From Podarcis liolepis (taxonomy: Eukaryota): DNA of 64,000 nucleotides. Of this stretch, positions 56,229 to 64,000 are shown in pieces; position 1 is the first letter of the stretch, and each line of letters starts with the position of its first letter. The stretch is taken from the NCBI GenBank assembly GCA_965112155.1, contig OZ218098.1; one strand, given 5' to 3'. The position numbers and the translations under genes are program-made. The notes under the pieces were generated by a model, which made no database searches, was not told the origin of the DNA, and worked only from the letters and a program-made list of their open reading frames with translations.

Positions 56229-59200
56229 TTATTATTTGTACCCCGCCCATCTGGCTGGGTTTCCCCAGCCACTCTGGGCGGCTTCCAACAAAGATGAAAA
56301 ATACACTAAAATGTCACATATTAAAAACTTCCCTGAACAGGGCTGCCTTCAGATGTCTTCTGAGGATAGGATTGCACTATTAGACTAGTTTGAGTATGGG
56401 TTGCAGCTTTGTCTCTCTTTGTATGTGTTATTCCTTAAAATCAAACCTAAATTTTAGGTATTATTAGTCTCAACTGTCATGATTATGGAAAGTGTTTCAA
56501 TAAACTCTCACAAAGTAGTTATTCTACTCTCCTAAAATGTTTCTGGGTCACTTTTGGGATTCTTTTTTGTACAACTGTATGTTTCCATAAAATAAATATG
56601 CTTGATAAATGCCAATTACAGAATAAGGTGTCAAGCATACTTTGAAAAATATTTAAATATAACAAAACAAAAAGAAACCATCTGACAAAAACTAACCTGT
56701 TGATTTTGGGTTCTTTGTAGCAAACTGTAGCTCGCCTGCGTCTAACAGGTGATGTGGAATTTTCTTCTAAGTCTTTATTGGGTTTTGGAAGGGAAGGTGC
56801 TTTGATATTTGTCAGTTCTTGAAGAGGCTTACGCCCTGAAATTACAGCTATTATTGAATCATTAATTGCAAAAATATTTGGAACGTTAGTAAACTTGAAA
56901 AAATAATAAAGATATATTTTTGGAGACACAGTAGTGTGGTTGATTGCATGCCAAACTTAAAATGGGAAGACGAGTTCAGATTTTGTTCAACCATGATACT
57001 TGGTGGCTTTGGGACAGTCACCCTCTCTAAAACTAATTTATTTCACAGAATTGTTGTGAGGATAAAATATTGGTGGGCAACATAGCTCTCTCTGGAAGAC
57101 CAACAGGATGAAACTGTAATTAATTAATCAAACACAAGTTAAGCCATGGTATTTGAAATGAACTTGGTGATTTGTAAAAAGTAGATGCTGTAATATTCCC
57201 AGTTTTAGCAACTGAAACATAGCTCAAGTGAGAACTCTTAATGTTATTTCCTCACCTACTGTATCAGGCAATACAACTGGTAGCATAGAAGTACAATGTC
57301 TGATTACATGGAGGGCAAACTTTATATAGAGTGTGAAGGGATGTTGCACATTTGTGAACACGGAGCGACACATACTTGTGAGCTGCAATCAATCACATAA
57401 CTGTTGTGCATGTTCACCATATTTAACCACTGTATCTCCCTTTAATTATTATTATTAACATTTATCAGTCAACTGGATAGCTCAGTTGGTTACAGCATGG
57501 TGCTGATAACACCAAGGTTGCAGGTTCGATCCCTGTATGGGATTAGCTGCATATTCCTGCGTTGCAGGGGGTTGGACAAGATGAACCTCAGGGTCTCTTC
57601 CAACTCTACAATTCTATAATTAATTTTTTGCCACAGCAGCTTAAAACGACTTACACAATATTTTAAGCAAGCCCTGTATACATACATTAAAACCAACACT
57701 TTCTTTTAAAAACCCCAAAAACAAACTCTGTACAGTGGTACCTCGGGTTAAGTACTTAATTCGTTCCAGAGGCCCGTTCTTAACCTGAAGCACCACTTTA
57801 GCTAATGGGGCCTCCTGCTGCCGCCGTGCCGCTGGAGCACAATTTCTCTTCTTATCTTGAAGCAAAGTTCTTAACCTGAAGCACTTTTTCTGGGTGGGTT
57901 AGCAGAGTTTGTAACCTGAAGTGTATGTAACCTGAAGCGTATGTAACCCGAGGTACCACTGTACACTAAAACATTCCAGCCATGAAAAAAAAAAGCTATA
58001 GATGATTAAAAGCCAAAGAGCGAATTAAAAACAAAATATTTTGCCTGGTCGAAATATATGTAAAAATTGTCCCAGGCAAGCTTCCCTAGGGAGAGTGTTC
58101 TACAAGTGGGGAGCCACCACTGAAAAGGCCTGTTCTTGTGTTGCTACCCTCCAGACCTCTCATTTAGGTGGGCATACAAAGAAGGGCCTCAGATGACAGT
58201 TGCAAGGTCTGGGTCAGTTCTTAAGGGGAGAGGTGGTCCTTGAGGTATTAGGGTCCTGATATGCAGAAGACTTTATAGGTCAAAACCAGCACTTTAAATT
58301 AGGCCTGGAAACTAACCCGTATCCAGTGCAATCAGACCAGGATTGGTGTTACATGCTGAGACCGTCTTGCTCCAGTGAGCAACCTGGCCGCTGAATCAGC
58401 TGCAGTTTCCAAATCATCTTCAAAGGCAGCCCCACATATAAAATATTGCAGTAATCTAACCTAGAGGTTACTAGAGCATAGACAACAGAATTTAGGCTAT
58501 CCTTCTCCATATAGGGGTGTAACTGGGCCACCTATCAAAGCTGATGGAAGGCACTCAATGCTACTGAGGCCACTTGAGCTTCAAAGAACAGCAATGGATC
58601 CAGAAGTACCCGCAACTTACATATCCTTCAGAGGAAGTGTAACCCCATAAAGAGCAGTCAGCTTTCTGTTATCAGGTCTAGGGAACCACCCATTAACAAG
58701 TTTATTGTATGGCATAAATGTTCATGGACTATTATAACTCACTTTATCAGATATATGAAGTGGGATAGAAGGCCATGAATATGAGGCAACAATCATTAGA
58801 TTTTTAAATATAGCTCAAAAGTTTCTGCATACCACTGTAGGATACCACTGATGGACATATAAGCATCGCTTCATACCAGAAAAGCAGTTAGTGCTACATG
58901 CGCTTCCAGATACTAACCAGAGCATAGGACATGATTCTTAATCACCCAGAGCACACTACCTGATCCATAATGGCTATGGTCCAGGCCTATTCAATTGCAT
59001 ATATTCTAGTTTCTTCGTACAGGGATGTATATCTGAAGAATTTAAATCAAGTATTATTAAAATCACAATACCCACCCAATTAAATTGGGGAACGGGGGCA
59101 GAAATTGACAGAGTCAGACTAATACCTAGAGTGCCTTTCCTAATATCCAAAGTAAAGCTACACATACCAAAGTCTGATACTGGTCTTTTGCTGCAAGACT

Positions 59201-62200
59201 CTTTACAAATTATGTTCACATTCTCTGTGGAAGCATAGTAATTTTCTTCCTGGTAAATTCTTGAGAATTGCAATGTTTCAGGGTTTTTCAGAACTGGAAT
59301 GTTTTTTTGAATTTTATGGAACTCAGTAGCTATTTCAGTATTGTTAGAAATTACTTTCTCTACGCTCTTACCTTGATCACATGAAGAAACACTATAGGTC
59401 TTCTTGCTTGGGTTTGGTGTAGAATCTACCCTTTCTTCGGATGTTTCAACGCAACATTCAGCCGCTTTCTTTAGGTAACATGAAATTGTAACATGCTGAA
59501 CATTGGAATTTCTTTGAATGTTTTCATTTCCTTCATGGATATTCTCAGCATACACATTTTCATCGTGTAACTTTTGTTTCACAGAAGTTTTTTTCTGAGA
59601 GCTTGGGTATATAATGTATGTCTTCCTACCAGCTTTTGCAAAAATTCTTCTTTTATCACCATGTGAAAACTCTTCATTAATTTGATCTGTTTTAGGAATA
59701 CCTAAAGCATGAGCAGATCTCTCTGTTGTTGTTCCAAAATTGGAAGACACTTCTCTCTTATTAAAGTCACTTTTTATATCAGTCTTTTCATCTTGTATAG
59801 TCTGGCTATTAGAATTGCATACCTTTGATCTAGGCCCTTTCAAATACTGCCCATTTTCCATTTCACTGTAATGTGATTTTTTAATTTTGGAAACAACAGG
59901 ATAGGTCTCATTTATGTCTAAATCCTGTATTGAAACCACACAGCTTTGTACTGGAGGCAAGCTTTCAATAGAATAACCTTCTAATGGTAATTTACCACCA
60001 GGTACGTCAAAATCATGTTCTGCGACCTGGTTTTCTGAATTCTGAGCTGTTTCAAAAATTTTATCTTTCATTTTTTCTTTTTCTAAAAAATGAGTTGTTT
60101 GCCGCAAGTCTACAAGTCTTAGGGGGTGCACCTGTTTGTCATTCTTGTTACAGTTCTTGAAATCTTCTCCAAGTTTATTGGTGTTCTTCAGTTTCATTTG
60201 CTGATCATTTCTCATTTGAAACAATCCTTTTTCTGGTGGTAGAACATTTTTAGATTCAACAATATCTTTAACTTTTCCATTACTAGGAACTTTCTCGTTA
60301 CATTTTTTAGGTTTAATGTTATATTTATCCTCAATCTGTTTTTCTGTACTTTTAGTTTTCACTTTTCTCAAATTTGCTGAAATTTTATCAGTTTTTACTA
60401 TTTTAGCATTCTCAACCTTGGCTTTTGATTTAATTAGGAGTATCTCACCTAGTTCACTAGCAGTCAATTCCATGTCAGCATCATATACAGTTTCTTCTGG
60501 TTTTTTACCATTTATAGAACATAGTTTATCAGTGTGATCAGGCTCCTTTCTAGGTTGAGATGATTTAGTGCATGAAACATCTTTTGGGGCCATCTGACCA
60601 TTAGTGTGGACTTTGTCAGTGTCACAATGCAATATGCTATTTTGCTCTGTTTTACTCTCAAAATTGTTTATAGTAGACTGAATATTTGATGTGCAGGACA
60701 GTCCTCGTTTCTTCCGTTCAGTCACATATTTATGAATTAGAAAAGGACTACTGTGTGCTTTTGATTGTCTTTCATATTTTTCTACAGAAGATGCATTATC
60801 CAGATCCAGCTTAAAGGTCCTACTAGACATCTGATCCATACATGATGGATTTTCTGCAAACAAAGCAAAACTAGGTTCATTTACATTGCATAAACAGGTA
60901 AAGTTTGTTTTTTCCATTTGGAATATGCTTTATTCTAATCTTCAAAAACAATTTCAGCTTGCCAGATGGAACATTCTCCCCTTCCCTACACCTGTGGTTT
61001 TCTGATGGATCTCCAGACACCCAAGAGCCATTTGGGGAGAAGCATGTAGGGGGCACGCAAGGAGAAGGGAAAGCAGGGCTTCAGCTGATAGGGTTCGTCA
61101 GGGGAATCCCACCCATTATTATTAACTATTTATATATCAACAACATGCATCTGTTTAACTGAAACGGTTAACAGTGTTTTTATAAATATCAGATGGGAGA
61201 CCTGAACAAACCTAGTGATACTGGAGCTATTTTATTCAAATTGGTCTGTAACCTACTATAGTGTTTTAAATAGCTTACATAAAAGTATCTTATGTGCCTA
61301 ATTGTTTAAAATATAATGAAAAAACATTAGGAGTAACATTATGCATTTCTGTGTTGATGTGTCCCAACATAAATGTTCATTTATTTTTTAAGACTCGAAC
61401 GAGACATGAATCATATATCTAGCTCTATTGTCCCTGATTTTATAAACATAGATTGCCAGCATGAAACACCCCCCCACCCACCGCAATCTGAATCAAGACA
61501 CAGGCATGGAGTGGGAAGTAAGGTGCTTTAGTCCTTTATCCCCTTCTGTGGACCTGATGCAATGTGCACTGGGGTGAAATTCCTCCAGTGGGTGTATTTT
61601 TCATTTACAAATTGCATGCACCAGAGATCCAATATGGACAGGAACTACAATGAAGGGAAAGGGCTGAAGACATCTACCCACCATGCCGGGGTCACAATCC
61701 ATACCTCTCCTGCTGACAATTTATATTTTAAAAGTCCTGTATTGAGACTCTTGCTTTCTGCAACATTTGTTGGGGAGAAAGGACCCTAGAAAATGAAGTG
61801 AATGCAATAAAATATGCTGTATACCTTTTGTAAATTTATTTGCGATAAATACTGTTTCTGTTTTATTTGTTTCACTTGATTTTGATGTATTTTTTTCAGA
61901 CACAAATAACTCTGCATTGATTTGATCTGCTGCAGCTTCCTTTGATGTAACAAGATCATCAGGTACACAGACTGATATGTTACTTTGCTGATTTCCATTA
62001 TGTTCTTCAGTCTGAGTGCTCACATGTTGCCTGATAGTTCTGAAAGAACAATTTATTATGAAAGAGAGTTAATAAAATGGGATTCACTTCAGCATTTAAC
62101 TCATAAGTAAATTTCACTTTGCTCAGTGGGACACTACCAGATAACAATGCATGGATTTGTAATCTAATAATAATCACATTCTGTGTTATAAAAAACCCAA

Positions 62201-63706
62201 AAAATAAGTAGGAAACAAGATCTAACTGTAAAACAGAAGTGTATGAGATTACATCTAAGGAGAAAAACTGCTAGCACATGTACTACTGTAAACTACCTTA
62301 ACCTAAGGTATAAATTGCTATTCCTAATAGCCTGCAAACAATAATTACCATGTATAGGTATAAATTATGTTTTTGTTGGCAAAATACACATAAATGTCAG
62401 TTCATAAAAGATCAGAGTCTTTGTCATGTATTTTTCCAGGAAATACTATAATCCTGCATGTATACTAGTTAAATCCTGTTAACCTCAGCAGGATTAGCTA
62501 TGCAATCCTATACAGTAGATGTCTACTCAAAAGTAAATCCTGCTGACATTAATAGACTTTACTTCTGGGTGTGAGTATAGAGTTGCACCCTCAAGCAGTC
62601 AAACTGTACATATGATTGCAGCCTAAAACAAAGTTTATGCATGACACTATGAATGAAATGTGTTTAATTATACTGTATCTAGTTCTTTTTATTTATAAGT
62701 ACAATAAACTAAACTTTAACGTCTTATTTAAAGCAGCCCTTAGGAACCTGTGGGACTGTAGCCCTGATCGATACAATCTTTTGGCAGGTTTTATTTAAGG
62801 TTCACATTTTGATTTCCATCTAGATTAATAAATCAATTTAAATATTACCTAATTGGTTGATCAGAAATCTCAGGCTTTTGACCAGAACTGTTGCAGTGGT
62901 CTTTTTCCATTGCTAAGGGTTTTTGAATATGCTGTTTAAAAAGAGAAAAACGCTCAGAACACTTAAAGAGAAATTTTATGTACAGTATGTCTATAGAGAA
63001 ATAATTCCCAGTTGAAGGGGGTTTGCTCCCAGTTTTGTGGGTATAGAATTGCACCCATACCAATATATTAAGATTTCGAGTGTTAAACTATTTCAATGAG
63101 AACATTAATTAAAGAACAACTTTAATACAGTAATGTAAAGTGTAAAGATTAGCAGCTGTAAACTAGGAATATATGTATAAAGCACAAATATGCAGGTCAA
63201 GAAAATATTTGCTCACATAATGTAGTTATTTCATTGAAATGCCACTCTTCTTGTGCACATATTGAGCATTTATAACAGAAAAAGTTTATTAATAAACCAT
63301 TGATTTTGTACATGGGTATCATTTTACTGCTAGAAAGTACAGTACAGCAATATTGTGTATTATGTTAGTTGAAGTCATCTAGTTGTATGTTTAAATTTAT
63401 ATAAATATGTCAACAATACAATTGGATTTCCATTGTTTTGATCAACATGTTTGTCCTGCTGTATCTGTACTTTAATCAAACCTCAAAAGTAAATCCACAG
63501 CTAACTTCTGAAAAACCAAAGGAATATTGATCACCAAATCAGTTTTTATACTGATTTTCAAAACATGAAGGCATACAGTAGCAATTCCCTCTTCACCCTA
63601 TGATAATAAGCGTCACAAAGCAGCATACCTCTGAAAGAGTGCTCATTTCAATTGCAGTTGAAATGTTATTATTCAGGAATGCTTCCAGTTCTATGAGAAT
63701 TTTATT
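55349..63706 (-). CDS. SGO2: Shugoshin 2, 3' part (six coding exons; 5' exons outside window)
   Basis: End of N-terminal coiled coil (NNNISTAIEMSTLSE), TVYDADMELTASE motif, large low-complexity exon, C-terminal SGO box RRRRATVCYKEPKINSKLRRGD; syntenic with AOX1. Confidence 0.92.
55994..56169. repeat. Short dispersed repeat (copy 2) containing a CTCF-like motif
   Basis: Matches 32053-32210. Confidence 0.7.
56188..56362 (-). mobile_element. L2 LINE 3' end with (TAA)n microsatellite tail
   Basis: Reverse of the 14369/33201 L2 3' ends. Confidence 0.8.
56697..56835 (-). CDS. SGO2: SGO2 exon (RKPLQELTN...RRRRATVCYKEPKIN)
   Basis: 139 nt, first half of the SGO box. Confidence 0.92.
57470..57616 (+). 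mobile_element. tRNA-Ile-derived SINE with CR1 3' tail
   Basis: tagctcagttggttacagcatggtgctgataacaccaaggttgcaggttcgatccc head plus gggttggac...ttccaactctacaattctat tail. Confidence 0.78.
57733..57961. mobile_element. Tigger/pogo-like MITE (CAGTGGTACC family)
   Basis: TIRs and TA TSD. Confidence 0.88.
57965..58640 (-). mobile_element. Older L2 LINE fragment
   Basis: Remnant VVYALVTSRLDYCNILYVGLPLK typical of the L2 ORF2 C-terminal half. Confidence 0.8.
59168..60853 (-). CDS. SGO2: SGO2 large exon (1686 nt)
   Basis: Core of ORF 58974..60917; acceptor tttgcag, donor gtatgt; TVYDADMELTASE motif. Confidence 0.88.
61825..62039 (-). CDS. SGO2: SGO2 exon (TIRQHVSTQTEEHN...FIANKFTK)
   Basis: 215 nt, phase 2-1, open frame. 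Confidence 0.8.
62849..62931 (-). CDS. SGO2: SGO2 exon (HIQKPLAMEKDHCNSSGQKPEISDQPI)
   Basis: 83 nt, phase 0-2, good polypyrimidine tract. Confidence 0.75.
63629..63706 (-). CDS. SGO2: SGO2 exon (NKILIELEAFLNNNISTAIEMSTLSE)
   Basis: 78 nt, cag/gtatgc; resembles the SGO2 coiled-coil end. Confidence 0.9.
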
Positions 63707-64000
63707 CTGCATACAAAAAATTAAATATAAACATAATCAAAACTTTTATTTAACACAGTTAGAAAGTTAGAGAAAAACAATGATAAAAAAGAGTTATATT
63801 CCTGGAGGAAAGAAAGAGGCAGTTTTGAGAAATTAATATATTTTATTTGGCATTAAAGAGATGAAATTTATCTAAAAACAAGAAAACATTAAAGTTGTTT
63901 TTTTTAATAAAAAAAATATTGTAAAACCTTCCCCTGCTCCAACCAGGAGCATTTTCCCCTCTGCTCTTTTACACATAAAGTAATGTACCTTATACAGAAA

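Noticed and set aside
57470-57545. Possible tRNA-Ile(GAT) gene (and tRNA-Lys-like at 14150, tRNA-like at 13913/38730)
   Set aside because: Degenerate acceptor stems and direct fusion to LINE-derived tails indicate SINE heads.
58974-60917. 647-aa ORF as a standalone intronless gene
   Set aside because: It is the large internal SGO2 exon (59168-60853) plus read-through into flanking introns; splice sites and phases fit neighbouring exons.
1-64000. CRISPR arrays, rRNA or other prokaryotic systems
   Set aside because: Spliceosomal vertebrate locus; repeats are dispersed transposons and microsatellites, not repeat-spacer arrays.

Overview
Vertebrate genomic DNA, almost certainly a squamate and probably a lacertid lizard (Sauria/POM-type SINEs, Squam3-type SINEs, BovB, many MITEs). 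Two protein-coding genes lie in tandem on the minus strand. (1) The last six coding exons of shugoshin 2 (SGO2; 63706 down to stop at 55349); its 5' exons are beyond the window. (2) A complete, apparently intact 35-exon aldehyde oxidase gene (AOX1-type; ATG 52343 to TGA 4023). I assembled all AOX exons by hand from splice sites; they sum to 4044 nt (1347 aa) with consistent phases. Introns are full of transposable elements, many with readable target-site duplications (TSDs). No prokaryotic-type systems are present. Most notable: two consecutive U12-type (minor spliceosome) introns flanking AOX exon 3; a candidate unannotated in-frame 18-nt microexon in the Fe-S/FAD linker; a 1.9-kb full-length L1-type element with no RT but its own small ORF (HAL1-like); a bipartite BovB-derived SINE; two insertions with abnormally long TSDs (23 bp and 50 bp); and a dispersed repeat carrying a CTCF-like motif. 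Repeat-family names and human residue numbers are from recall and need database confirmation.
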